A stretch of DNA of 64,000 nt from an uncultured bacterium (GTDB taxonomy: Bacteria; Planctomycetota; UBA1135; UBA2386). The stretch covers positions 17,844-81,843 of the forward strand of contig CALCZA010000217.1 of the NCBI GenBank assembly GCA_937906475.1, given 5' to 3'. A program made the translations under genes and the position numbers. The notes beneath the pieces were generated by a model that saw only the letters and a list, made by a program, of their open reading frames with translations, was not told the DNA's origin and made no database searches. The number at the start of each line of letters is the position of its first letter. The stretch's first letter is position 1. Of this stretch, positions 27,277-37,041 are shown piece after piece.

Positions 27277-29088
27277 GTGAGCCAAGGCAACGACACCTGG
27301 AGCGAAGATGCGGCACGCTACCAAAACGCGCTGTCTCACGAACAACGCAAGCGCGATGGGGTGTGGTTCACGCCGCTCGAACTGGCAATGCCGACGGCCC
27401 GACGCACGCTACTACCACTGCTGTCAGAGAATGTTGCGCGGCCTCTGCGAATCTGTGATCCAGCGGTTGGCGGCGGATCGTTCTTATTGGCAGCCTCGAC
27501 CGTGTTGCAGGAAAGCGGACACCGAGCGGCAGAGTTCCATGGCATCGACTTGGACGAGCAGGCCACGAACCTCGCCGAAGCTGCGTTACTCGCGCGCAAC
27601 GAACCCCACGTATCGATACGCGTTGGCGATGGCCTGACCGATCTGGAACCCGAGTCGTTCGATTGCATCTTGGGCAACCCGCCGTGGGAGACGTTGCAGG
27701 ATGGTGAAAACGCGAAGTCGCGCGTCGCGGCGCTGCGGCCGCACTTCCACCATCAGGGCAAAGGCAAGCTCTACACGTATCGCTTGTTCATCGAACGCGC
27801 CGTGCAACTGCTACGACCCGGCGGCCGACTCGGCCTGATCGTGCCAGCGAGTTTGTGGTTTGATCGCGATGCCGAACCTTTGCGGCGGCTGTTGCTCGAT
27901 CAGTGCGAATGGCAGTGGCTGTTTGGCTTCGAGAATCGCGAACGCATCTTTGCCATCGACAGCCGCTATCGGTTTGGTGCGATCGTGGCGACCAAGGGCG
28001 GCAAGACGAGCCAGGTGCAGGTCGCGTTTGGGCGCAACCGCATCGATGAATGGGCCGACGCAGAACCGGAGCACGTCATCTACCGCCGGGAGGAGTTACA
28101 GCGACTCAGTCCGCACGCGGGCACGTTCGTCGAAGTCGACACGCGCCGTGACCTAGACATCCTGACGCGTATGCAGGCACGCGGGCAACCGCTGCTTGGC
28201 GAGCAGGGCGCTTTCACGTGGCGGCAAGGCGACTTCAACATGACGTCCGACCGGGATCGGTTCGCGCTACGCGAACAAGCCGAGCGCGATGGCTATCGCC
28301 ATGATGGGCTCGGAGTATGGAGAAGCACAGGTCACCCGGATCTGCTGGCGCTGCGTCAGGGCGCGATGATCTACGATCTGCAGGCCAACTCCGGCGCACA
28401 TGATTGCGGGGTCGGGCACAAGACGCAGTGGCGCAGGCCAAACACCGCCGACGAATTGCAGCCGCTGTATCTCGTGGATGCCACTGCATGGCATAAGGCT
28501 TCTGCGAAGCGCGGCGTCGCTCGCATTGGCTTGCGCGCGCTATCCAACGCCACCAACGAACGCACGGCCATCGCGTGCCTACTACCAGACGTGCCGTGCG
28601 GCAACTCGCTCGGCGTGCTGACTCCGCGCGGTCCATCGCTACAGCCGTTACTACAACTAGCTGCCGGCACGGCGATGCTCGCTTCACTGCCGTTTGACTG
28701 GGCGTTGCGCATGCGCTTGGCCGGCACCAACCTGAATCGCTTCGTACTGACCGACTGCATACTTCCCAACGTCGACGACGCGACAATGACGCGCCTTGCT
28801 CAATTGGCCTTGCGCATGTGTGCGACAACGCCGTGGACGCACGAACTGTGGCAGATCGCGCAACGCGAAGGCTGGAACGAACGGTGCGAGCCAGCGACCG
28901 AGGCGGAGGAACGGCGCGCGCTAACGACCGAGATCGACGTCGCGGTCGGCCAAGCATTTGGGCTAACGCACGACGACGCCATCTGGATGACGCGCGGCGA
29001 ACCGTTCATCAAGGGCTTCTGGCGGATCGAACGCACACTGCCGGAAGCGCAGCGGCGGCCCAACCGATGGCTGGCCGCCTGCCGTTAG
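27277..29088 (+). CDS. Eco57I/TaqI-like (gamma-class, NPPW) N6-adenine DNA methyltransferase with long C-terminal region
   Basis: GTG start (first in-frame start after a TGA at 27250). Contains WFTPLELA, the SAM motif CDPAVGGGSFLL and the catalytic motif ILGNPPWE. About 450 aa follow the catalytic core. Confidence 0.85.
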   Translation: MSQGNDTWSEDAARYQNALSHEQRKRDGVWFTPLELAMPTARRTLLPLLSENVARPLRICDPAVGGGSFLLAASTVLQESGHRAAEFHGIDLDEQATNLAEAALLARNEPHVSIRVGDGLTDLEPESFDCILGNPPWETLQDGENAKSRVAALRPHFHHQGKGKLYTYRLFIERAVQLLRPGGRLGLIVPASLWFDRDAEPLRRLLLDQCEWQWLFGFENRERIFAIDSRYRFGAIVATKGGKTSQVQVAFGRNRIDEWADAEPEHVIYRREELQRLSPHAGTFVEVDTRRDLDILTRMQARGQPLLGEQGAFTWRQGDFNMTSDRDRFALREQAERDGYRHDGLGVWRSTGHPDLLALRQGAMIYDLQANSGAHDCGVGHKTQWRRPNTADELQPLYLVDATAWHKASAKRGVARIGLRALSNATNERTAIACLLPDVPCGNSLGVLTPRGPSLQPLLQLAAGTAMLASLPFDWALRMRLAGTNLNRFVLTDCILPNVDDATMTRLAQLALRMCATTPWTHELWQIAQREGWNERCEPATEAEERRALTTEIDVAVGQAFGLTHDDAIWMTRGEPFIKGFWRIERTLPEAQRRPNRWLAACR

Positions 29089-29089
29089 C

Positions 29090-29121
29090 CACCCACTGCT
29101 GGGCACCCACTGCTGGGCACC
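29090..29121. repeat. 14-nt tandem direct repeat CACCCACTGCTGGG x2 (+4 nt) in convergent intergenic spacer
   Basis: Read directly, 2 nt after the methyltransferase stop: cacccactgctgggcacccactgctgggcacc. Confidence 0.9.
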
Positions 29122-29139
29122 TAACTACTAGGCATCGCC

Positions 29140-31224
29140 CTACAGGTAAGTGAACGTGCCGACAGCCTGGCAGCCGTTCGGGTTGGTCACCGTGACCGTG
29201 GCCGGGCCGACAGCGCCGGGCGGTGTCAAGCCAATGATCGCCGACGGCGTTTGCCCGGTGACGGTCATCGGTGCACCGCCAATCAGCACAGTGGCGCCCA
29301 ACATGTTGCTGCCAATCACGTAGAACGTGGTACCACCCGAGGCGGGACCAGCACTGATCGGGAAGTTAAGGATCACCGGCGTCGCATTAATCGGCGCCGA
29401 GACCACCACACCACCGGGATTGGCGAGATCAAGCTGCGAATCGCACAAGACACCCGGCGGCATCGGGAAGTGTACCTGCGTCGTGGACTGCACCGTGACC
29501 GGCACAATCGTTGTGCCAATGCGACCAACCATGCCGGAGAAGAAATTGCTGCCGGTGACAGACACCGTTTGCCCCACCGTCGGCGAAGTTGGCGAGATCG
29601 TTTGGATCTCCAGAGCCGGCAACGGTCGCAGCCTCATGTAGACGGCATTGGTTGCGGCGATCGTCGCCTGCGGATCAACCATCATCACACCTTGCAGGGA
29701 AACGTCGAGCACCATTGGTAAGCCAGGAATTGTCAGGCTCCACGGGCTTGGCGTCGCAGCGATCAGCCCGCCGATGCCAAAGGAATCTGCCAGCAAGACG
29801 TTGGGTGCACCAGGAGCCAGTTGCGACGGCGTAAAGCACATCGCACCACCAGCGGGTCCGAGCGGCAGCACACTTCCCGGCAGCGGTTGGCCGTTGTTGA
29901 TCCACAGCGCAAACATGCCGACCGGGAACGTGCCCGGCACGCCAACCGGCGGATCGAGCGTCAACGTGAACGGCTGCCCATAGCCAACCTCGACAACGCG
30001 GGCGGCTCCGGCCGAGCCGTTGATCTTCAATGCTGGCAACGCGCCACCTTGGCCATCGGGAACGGCACCGGTGCCACACGAACCAAACATGTCGAGCACC
30101 GTCACCATCGGCCGCGGCCACAAGCCAACGCGGCCAAACGGATCGTTCGCGGCAATGTCGAGCACGGCTACGCCAACATCGAGGTCGCCCTGCATCGTGA
30201 ACGTGTATGTACCATTTGGTTGCGCAACCGCCGGACTAAACGTGATGTTCGAGACCGTCGAGTTGGGCGCCAGGCCAACCGTCAACGGCAAGGCATTGCC
30301 GAGCGGCGTGCCTTGCTCGTCACGAAGTTCGACCGTCGCGGTCACCGTGTCGAGGCCATTAGCGAGAATCGCCGTGCCGCTCAACGACACCACCGATTCG
30401 TAGTGATCCGGACGACCGACTTGGTTGGCCTTCCAGGTATTGAACATCGCCTGCAACTGCAGAACTGGATCGAGTGCGCTCGCCGATTGGTTGGCGACGT
30501 TGAGGTCGAGCCAGTAATCACCACCGCCACACCCGAGATTACCACTGCACGGCGCATCGAGATCACTTGGCCGACTGACAATCATCAAGCCGATGTGCGA
30601 CGACTTCGTGAAGGTTGCCGGCGGCGAGCCACAGGCAGTTGGGTTGGAGGGCAAGCAGGAGCAGCGACCATCGCCACCCATCGTGCGAGCCGCTTCCATC
30701 GCGGCCATCAACTTGTCCGGCAAGCCGCCGGGCGTCGTCAGAACAGCTTGCTCTGCGGCAGTAATCACCGGTTGGCCAGTCAGCACGTTGCCCTGGATCG
30801 CGTAGCGGAAGTTGCCAACTTGGCCGACGACACCGCCAGCCCATGCACCGGCCCCGGTGCCAGTGAACGTCTCTTCGCCACCTACCAAACTGACGATGCC
30901 ATACTGGCGCGTCTGATGGCCAACGTCGGCCGCAGCGAGATTGGCCAGAATCTGCAATGCCGTCTCACCACTGAGGAAGCCGTCGCGAATCAACTCGCGC
31001 AACGACACCGGTCCGACATACGACTGCGCCGCCGCCGCACCGTGGCCCGGCACGATCACAACCGTGTTAGGTCGCAGATCAAAGCCGGTCAGACAGGTCG
31101 CGATGCCAACCGCAACTTCGCCAGTGACAAGATTGACAATGACGATGGACCAAGTGGCGGATACTGGAGTGGCGAACAACAGCAGCCCAGCGCAAAACAT
31201 CAATACGGCGCGGAGAGAAGGCAT
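29140..31224 (-). CDS. Secreted DUF1028 (Ntn-hydrolase fold) protein fused to Ig-like and two C-terminal IPT/TIG domains
   Basis: Signal MPSLRAVLMFCAGLLLFATPVSA followed by TWSIVIVNLVTGEVAVGIATC (DUF1028-like N-terminus). IPT-like segments are ISPTSPTVGQTVSVTGSNF and GGTTFYVIGSNMLGATVLIGG. Confidence 0.8.
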   Translation of the reverse strand: MPSLRAVLMFCAGLLLFATPVSATWSIVIVNLVTGEVAVGIATCLTGFDLRPNTVVIVPGHGAAAAQSYVGPVSLRELIRDGFLSGETALQILANLAAADVGHQTRQYGIVSLVGGEETFTGTGAGAWAGGVVGQVGNFRYAIQGNVLTGQPVITAAEQAVLTTPGGLPDKLMAAMEAARTMGGDGRCSCLPSNPTACGSPPATFTKSSHIGLMIVSRPSDLDAPCSGNLGCGGGDYWLDLNVANQSASALDPVLQLQAMFNTWKANQVGRPDHYESVVSLSGTAILANGLDTVTATVELRDEQGTPLGNALPLTVGLAPNSTVSNITFSPAVAQPNGTYTFTMQGDLDVGVAVLDIAANDPFGRVGLWPRPMVTVLDMFGSCGTGAVPDGQGGALPALKINGSAGAARVVEVGYGQPFTLTLDPPVGVPGTFPVGMFALWINNGQPLPGSVLPLGPAGGAMCFTPSQLAPGAPNVLLADSFGIGGLIAATPSPWSLTIPGLPMVLDVSLQGVMMVDPQATIAATNAVYMRLRPLPALEIQTISPTSPTVGQTVSVTGSNFFSGMVGRIGTTIVPVTVQSTTQVHFPMPPGVLCDSQLDLANPGGVVVSAPINATPVILNFPISAGPASGGTTFYVIGSNMLGATVLIGGAPMTVTGQTPSAIIGLTPPGAVGPATVTVTNPNGCQAVGTFTYL

Positions 31225-31292
31225 GGTCCTACCATTGTGGGCGACCGCTCACGCACGTCCACCCCTTCCCTGAGCGATACCGCTCGGCAGAC

Positions 31293-34200
31293 CTACTTCT
31301 TCTTGTCCTTGTCGCGTTCGCGCGCTGCCAATTCCGCCTCAACATCGATGTCCCACTCGACCTTCTCACCGTCGCGGATCGTGCGCGTAATGCGGATTTC
31401 CGGCTGGCCGTCCTCACGCAGCACCGCGGTGTAGGTGTCCGGCGGTACGCTGCCGAACGTATACCAACCCGAGTCCTCAACGCTGTCGCGACTGCTCATC
31501 AACCGCTTCATGACCTGGAAGGTCGAGACGCGGCTGACGATCGGCTTGCCGCGGCCATCTAGCAGCGAGATGTTACCGAACGGGATCTGCTTCTTACTGA
31601 CGTTGGTCGCGCGTAAGCGTAGCGTCGCGCCGGTAACGACATGCAGCGTCACTTCGGTCGGCAAGTCCTCTTGCACCATGACCTCGTCGAGTTTGCCAGC
31701 TTTGAGCGCTTCGCTCTCGACGCGCAACGAGTAGGTGCCAGGCGTCAACGCGGGGATCTCAAAGCGACCGTCGTCACCGGTTCGAACCGGTTGTTGCGAA
31801 CTGATCAAATCGAGTAGCGGGTTGCCCTTCTTGCGGCGTTTGCGCTTCTCTTCAACCTCGAACGCAATTTCGGCATTCGCCACGGGCATGTTAGAGCCAT
31901 CCAACACGATGCCGGTGATCTTGCCGGCGAGCGGCACCTGAATGACGATGTCGCTCATAGGGCTGACGCCATCGATGATCACGTCTTCGAGACTCGCCTC
32001 GCCATACTGCGGTTGGTCGGCGTTGCGGCGACGGCCACGACCACGGCCCCCCATGCTACTACCAGCCGTCAATCGGTATGTGCCAGCGGCGACCGACTTC
32101 ATCGTGAACTCGCCGTCGTCGTTGGTGCGCGCTTGGCTCAAACCATTGGCAGCAATCATGCCGAGCAGGCCATCGGCACCCGACAAGCCACTGTCCTCGC
32201 TGCCGAGCGTGACGCGCACGCCCTTGACCGGATTGCCGCGCGTATCGATGACCTTGCCGGTGATCGTGCTCGTCGGCAAATCGATATCGAACGCATACTC
32301 GGACACATCCTCTGGCACTTCGACTTCGAACGTCGTCTGCACCGGTTGCCCTTGGAAGCGTGTCACCTGCATCACGTAATCACCTGGCTTGATGCCGACC
32401 AACTCGAAACGGCCTTCCATATTGGCAGCGTTGGCCCGAATACCCATGCCGAGTAGGCCTTGGCGATCGCTGCCCATGACCGTGATCAACGCACGCGGCA
32501 CCGGCACACCATTCTCGCGAACGATGCCGAAGATGCGCACACCATCTTCACCTTCATCATGCACGTCGAGTCGCACGACCTTGCCGCGACGCACAGTCAC
32601 GGTCTTGAGTCGCATATTGCTCATCAACTCGAGGCCAATGTTGTCGGCACGCTCATCCATGCGCGACTTGAACACGACGTATTGGCCAGGCGGCAGTCCT
32701 TCGATCTTGTAGTAGCCATTCTTGTCAGTCGTGCCACTGCGCATCGACCCTGCCTGCAAGCTGAGCGCGACCATGAACGCATCCGCTAACGGCCGCATCG
32801 CAAGTCCGGTGACCGCGCCTTCGATCGCACCACCGGCATCGATCGCAATCTCAACGATCGGCGTTTCAATGCCAGCCTTGACGATCACATTCTTGGTAGA
32901 CGACTTCGCCATGTCCGGGTGACGCGCCGTAAAGCGGTATTCACCAGGCTCCAGCGCTGCGACGGTGAACTCACCCTTGCTGCTACTCATCGCGCTGCGG
33001 CGACTGGTCGACATAGCCAGGAAGTCGAAGTCCTCCGGGTCGATCGAGAAGTTAAGTGACATGCGGCGACTGCCACCTTCCTCGTCGCGGTCCTTCTTCT
33101 TGTAGGCCGTGACCTGCGCATCGCTGACCGGCGCACCAACTTCATCGACAACTCGACCAAAGACCGGTTGGCCGCCCACCATGTCGAAGATGAGTTCATC
33201 TGAACTCTCAGCCGGAGCGAGGTCGAACGTCTGAGTCTCCGGTTCGAGGTAGCCTTCGGCGCGAACACGAATGCGCACACGGCCCGGCGGGATGCCGGTC
33301 AGCGTGAACGCACCATCGGACGATTGGATCTCGCGCCAATTGCCATCCATGCCACGGCTACCCATCGTCTGGCCTTCGGGCAGTTGACGCGTGCGCTTAG
33401 TGCGGCGCCGACTCCACGGCGGCCCGACTCCCTCGCCCTGACTACGACCGCGGCCCCCGCCCCAACGACGCTGCTCGCGTCCCGAACTGGCGTCCACGGC
33501 GATTACGTTGCCGTCTTTATCCTTCGGGGTCTCGCGCGTGCGCGCCTCGACGCGAAAGCGCTTGACCGGGTCCTCGCCAGTCACAACCTTGCCGCGAATC
33601 GTCACGCCACGCTGCACCTTGACGACGATGTCCTTGTCGTCGAGGCCGTAGCCCGACGCGATCGCCGTCGTATAGCCCGGCTTGCTGGCCTGGATCACAA
33701 TCTGGTCACCGGTCATGCCCTTGACGACGAAGCGACCATCGGCATCGGTCGTCGTCTCGACACGGCGAACCTTCAGCATCATCTTCATGAACTGTGGATC
33801 GTTCGGCCGCTCGAACGGCCGCATCTCGATCTCAGCACCGGCGACGGGTTTATCCTCATCGTCGACGACCATGCCGGCGACGGCAGTGCCTTCGCCCAGT
33901 TCCAACAAGAGGTCATCGTAAACACCGCCATCGACTACGGCGAGTTCCACGATGTTGCTCGGCGCCACGTCAGTGGCTGCAGCAACCACTGCGACGCGGC
34001 CGGCGCCAACGTGCTCGAGTTCGAAGTAGCCATCCTCGTTGGTTACAATCGGCTCGGCGCGCCCATCGGCGGAGAACAACACCCGACTGATGTCGAGGTA
34101 GATCATCGCGATACTGGCGCCCGGCTTCGGCTCACCATCCGGATCGAGAACGCGACCAGAAATGCGCGCTCCAAGATGCCCGTTAATGGTCAGCGTCGTG

Positions 34201-35024
34201 ACCTGCCCGGCCTGGACGCCAACACCATGCACTTCCTCTAGTGCAATCGACGGCGCCGTGGCCGAGACCGTGTAGCCAACACCTTCGGGCACGCCTGGGA
34301 TGTCGAAGCGGCCATTCTCATCGGCGACGGTATCAAGCCAGCGATACTGGCGATCCGTCAACTGCGCGAGGAATGCGTTGAGGCCAGGGCGCACGCTAAC
34401 GTTGGCGCCAGGTGATGGAGCGCCGTCTGCGCCGAGCACGATGCCGCGCAAGCGACCACCAGGCGAAGCGCGCAATTCGATGCCTTCTTTGATCTGGCCT
34501 TCGGCGATGCGTGGCGAAGCTGGCGTGCGCACAAACCAACCATCGCTAACACCATCGAGGAACAGGCGACCTGGCGGCAACCCCGTTAGCTCAAACGTGC
34601 CGTCCGGATTACTGATCGTGCGGCCGAGTTCGCGACGCGGCGCGCGCGTATCGACGAACATGCCTTGCTGGAACAAGCCACGGAAGCGATCGACCAACGG
34701 CGCCAGCGACGGCTGATCCTTAACCGCGACCACTTCGACCCCGCCGAGCGGTTGGCCGGTCTTGGCATCGACCACAATGCCTCTAACCCCGGTGCGCGCA
34801 CGCCCGTCCTCGACATCGTCACGAACCGCTGCGTTCGCGCCGTTGACGTCGGCCTCGGCGGCGATCAGGCCCCCTTCGGCTACTTCCGCATTGAGGTTGT
34901 GCTTGTTACTCGTGTCAGTGGGGAGCGTGACATCGTCAGCGCCGCCAAATCCGAAGATGGCGAACAGCACGACCGCGAGAATGAGCACGGCAAGACCTGC
35001 CGTGGCTGCTGCTCGATTTTGCAT
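31293..35024 (-). CDS. Giant membrane-anchored protein with >=10 carboxypeptidase-regulatory-like (CarboxypepD_reg) repeats
   Basis: 1243 aa with an N-terminal TM GLAVLILAVVLFAIFGFGG. It has recurrent units such as GRVLDPDGEPKPGASI, GKVIDTRGNPVKGVRV and GIVLDGSNMPVANAEI. Confidence 0.85.
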   Translation of the reverse strand: MQNRAAATAGLAVLILAVVLFAIFGFGGADDVTLPTDTSNKHNLNAEVAEGGLIAAEADVNGANAAVRDDVEDGRARTGVRGIVVDAKTGQPLGGVEVVAVKDQPSLAPLVDRFRGLFQQGMFVDTRAPRRELGRTISNPDGTFELTGLPPGRLFLDGVSDGWFVRTPASPRIAEGQIKEGIELRASPGGRLRGIVLGADGAPSPGANVSVRPGLNAFLAQLTDRQYRWLDTVADENGRFDIPGVPEGVGYTVSATAPSIALEEVHGVGVQAGQVTTLTINGHLGARISGRVLDPDGEPKPGASIAMIYLDISRVLFSADGRAEPIVTNEDGYFELEHVGAGRVAVVAAATDVAPSNIVELAVVDGGVYDDLLLELGEGTAVAGMVVDDEDKPVAGAEIEMRPFERPNDPQFMKMMLKVRRVETTTDADGRFVVKGMTGDQIVIQASKPGYTTAIASGYGLDDKDIVVKVQRGVTIRGKVVTGEDPVKRFRVEARTRETPKDKDGNVIAVDASSGREQRRWGGGRGRSQGEGVGPPWSRRRTKRTRQLPEGQTMGSRGMDGNWREIQSSDGAFTLTGIPPGRVRIRVRAEGYLEPETQTFDLAPAESSDELIFDMVGGQPVFGRVVDEVGAPVSDAQVTAYKKKDRDEEGGSRRMSLNFSIDPEDFDFLAMSTSRRSAMSSSKGEFTVAALEPGEYRFTARHPDMAKSSTKNVIVKAGIETPIVEIAIDAGGAIEGAVTGLAMRPLADAFMVALSLQAGSMRSGTTDKNGYYKIEGLPPGQYVVFKSRMDERADNIGLELMSNMRLKTVTVRRGKVVRLDVHDEGEDGVRIFGIVRENGVPVPRALITVMGSDRQGLLGMGIRANAANMEGRFELVGIKPGDYVMQVTRFQGQPVQTTFEVEVPEDVSEYAFDIDLPTSTITGKVIDTRGNPVKGVRVTLGSEDSGLSGADGLLGMIAANGLSQARTNDDGEFTMKSVAAGTYRLTAGSSMGGRGRGRRRNADQPQYGEASLEDVIIDGVSPMSDIVIQVPLAGKITGIVLDGSNMPVANAEIAFEVEEKRKRRKKGNPLLDLISSQQPVRTGDDGRFEIPALTPGTYSLRVESEALKAGKLDEVMVQEDLPTEVTLHVVTGATLRLRATNVSKKQIPFGNISLLDGRGKPIVSRVSTFQVMKRLMSSRDSVEDSGWYTFGSVPPDTYTAVLREDGQPEIRITRTIRDGEKVEWDIDVEAELAARERDKDKKK

Positions 35025-35061
35025 GGTGAGGAAAGGGGCCTAGCCAGGACCAGCCAGGTGT

Positions 35062-35081
35062 TGGCACGAGTAGCCGTGCCA
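35062..35081 (-). terminator. Hairpin downstream of the histidine kinase gene
   Basis: tggcacgAGTAGCcgtgcca is a perfect 7-bp stem with a 6-nt loop, ~45 nt after the kinase stop. There is no clear U-tract. Confidence 0.35.
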
Positions 35082-35124
35082 GGCGGGATCCTGTCAGGCG
35101 TTTTGCTCCGCTAGCGTATCCCGT

Positions 35125-36990
35125 CTAGCGATCCTCTACCGAAATTGGCAGTTCGATCGCGAACTGAGTTTCCCCGGGCTTGGTCGCAACCAGCCGGATC
35201 GCCCCCCCGTGGGCTTCGATCAGACGACGGCAAATGGCTAGGCCAAGCCCGGTGCCAGACGACTTTGTGGTGAAGTAAGGATCGAACAGTTTGTCGCGCA
35301 CATCCGCCGGCACCCCGGGACCATCGTCGGTAATCGTCACCGCAACGCTGGATCTATCGATCTTCGATGCCATGCGCACGTGCACCGGTCCATCGCTCGC
35401 CTCGATCGCGTTCTGCACCAAGTTGGTGAACACACGCGCCATCGACCCTTGGTCCAACGCCACCCGAGCATCGCCAGCATCCCCGACAAACTCGAACGTC
35501 AACGAACGGTCCTCGAACAAGCGCGCCGTCTGGTCGCACAACTCTTCCAACCAACCATCCGCGAGCACGACACTCTTTTGCGCAGGGGCGATTCCGGCGA
35601 ACGAACGAAAGTCATTGGCGATGCGGTCGAGCGCTGCGGTCTGCTCCAGCACGGTGCGCGCCAATCGATCCGCGACTTGGTCGGCGCGAGGATCCTGATC
35701 ACCGCGTGCACGTTGCAACAACTGCGCCGTCATGCGCATCGGTTGCAGCGGGTTCTTAACCTCGTGCGCCACCTGCCGCGCCATCTCCGCCCATGCCTGG
35801 TCGCGTTCCGCGTGAGCTAATCGTTCACGACCAACCGCGAGATCGTGAGACATCTGATTGAATGCCGATGCCAACTCGCCCAATTCCGGCCCACCACCGG
35901 CGAGCACTTTGACGTCTAGATCACCGAGAGCAACCCGGCGGGTTGCGTTTACGAGTGCCTTGACCGGCGCCGTGATGGCTCGCGACGCCAGCAACGCAAA
36001 CAACACCAACACGACAATGGTCATCAGGATGGCAAACAGCAACACGCGCTCAAAAGCGCTGCTCGCGGCGAACAGTTCTGCTTCGGGGACGGCAACGCCT
36101 AACACGAACGCACGTTCTTGGTCGCCTCCGCCCGGCGCATAACCAACTCGCCACATATAGCCATCGCTACCGAGTGACGCGCAGCGGCCTTGCTCGCCAG
36201 CGGCGGCCAAACGCTCCGCAAGCTCAGGCGGATCGAGTTCGAGTCCATAGAAACTGCGATCGGTATGCGCCTGCACCGCGCCATTGCGACCAACCAAGAA
36301 CACTTCGGCCGATGGCAACCTCGCTTCGCCAATGAGCACTTCCTTGGCCGCATCGATGACGCTCTGCACTTCGGACCATCGCAGCAAAGCAAACAACACG
36401 CCGGACGTGCCATCGCGTTTCGGCACGTCCATCGCGATCCCGAGGTGGTAACTGCCCGGATCCATCGAGCGAAAGCCGATGCCGCGATGCAGGTATGCGG
36501 AACGATGCCAAGGCACGAAGTGCATGCCGCGATCCTCTTGGGCACTCATGAACCAAGGCGCGTCAGCGACATTGCCCGGGATCAACGTCGCCCGGGTTTC
36601 GTGCTTGCTCGGATCGAGGCGATGACCGTCTTGCCAATAAACGACCTCACCGTCGTCATCGGCCAGGATCAGCAAATCGAGAAAGTTGCTGAGCAGGTTG
36701 GGCACCAACTGCACGCGCGCCTCAAAGGCCGCCAACTGATCGGGTTCGTCGAGCGCCTGGCGCGACATTTCGCGAATCATCGCACACGCCTGGTCGGTGC
36801 GTTCGAGTCGCGTCTCAATCTTCTGGGCAAAGTCCGCCGCCAATTGCGGCAAGAACACACGCACGACCTGCTCGTCGATCTGCTCGCGCATACCTCGCAG
36901 CGAGAACCACCCATACAGCAGCAACGGCAAGACAGCCGACACCAAGAGGGTGATCAGAAACCGGCTAGCCAGCGAGGGTGCGTGCACCAA
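35125..36990 (-). CDS. Sensor histidine kinase (two TM, periplasmic sensor domain, HAMP, HisKA, HATPase_c)
   Basis: H-box HEVKNPLQPM, N-box NLVQNAIEA, G1 DDGPGV, G2 GTGLGLAI. HAMP-like segment ITAPVKALVNATRRVALGDLD. Confidence 0.9.
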   Translation of the reverse strand: MVHAPSLASRFLITLLVSAVLPLLLYGWFSLRGMREQIDEQVVRVFLPQLAADFAQKIETRLERTDQACAMIREMSRQALDEPDQLAAFEARVQLVPNLLSNFLDLLILADDDGEVVYWQDGHRLDPSKHETRATLIPGNVADAPWFMSAQEDRGMHFVPWHRSAYLHRGIGFRSMDPGSYHLGIAMDVPKRDGTSGVLFALLRWSEVQSVIDAAKEVLIGEARLPSAEVFLVGRNGAVQAHTDRSFYGLELDPPELAERLAAAGEQGRCASLGSDGYMWRVGYAPGGGDQERAFVLGVAVPEAELFAASSAFERVLLFAILMTIVVLVLFALLASRAITAPVKALVNATRRVALGDLDVKVLAGGGPELGELASAFNQMSHDLAVGRERLAHAERDQAWAEMARQVAHEVKNPLQPMRMTAQLLQRARGDQDPRADQVADRLARTVLEQTAALDRIANDFRSFAGIAPAQKSVVLADGWLEELCDQTARLFEDRSLTFEFVGDAGDARVALDQGSMARVFTNLVQNAIEASDGPVHVRMASKIDRSSVAVTITDDGPGVPADVRDKLFDPYFTTKSSGTGLGLAICRRLIEAHGGAIRLVATKPGETQFAIELPISVEDR

Positions 36991-37041
36991 CCGATTATGC
37001 CGCCATTGGCGGAGCCTGCTAGCGATCCGTTAAGTCGCGGC

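Noticed and set aside
27070-27345. 91-aa minus-strand ORF (or 47-aa form from ATG 27213) between ilvA and the methyltransferase
   Set aside because: The long form overlaps the methyltransferase start. The short form has no motif such as an HTH controller-protein signature. Evidence is insufficient to call a gene.
29821-31434. 537-aa plus-strand ORF
   Set aside because: It is antisense to the DUF1028-IPT gene and to the start of the 1243-aa gene. It is Arg-rich low-complexity sequence and a shadow ORF.
35062-35076. TGGCAC element as a sigma-54 promoter (also TGGCACCTATTGCC near 40290)
   Set aside because: At 35062 the TGGCAC is half of an inverted repeat, points away from any downstream gene and lacks TTGC at the right spacing. 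At 40290 the GG-to-GC spacing is 2 nt too short.
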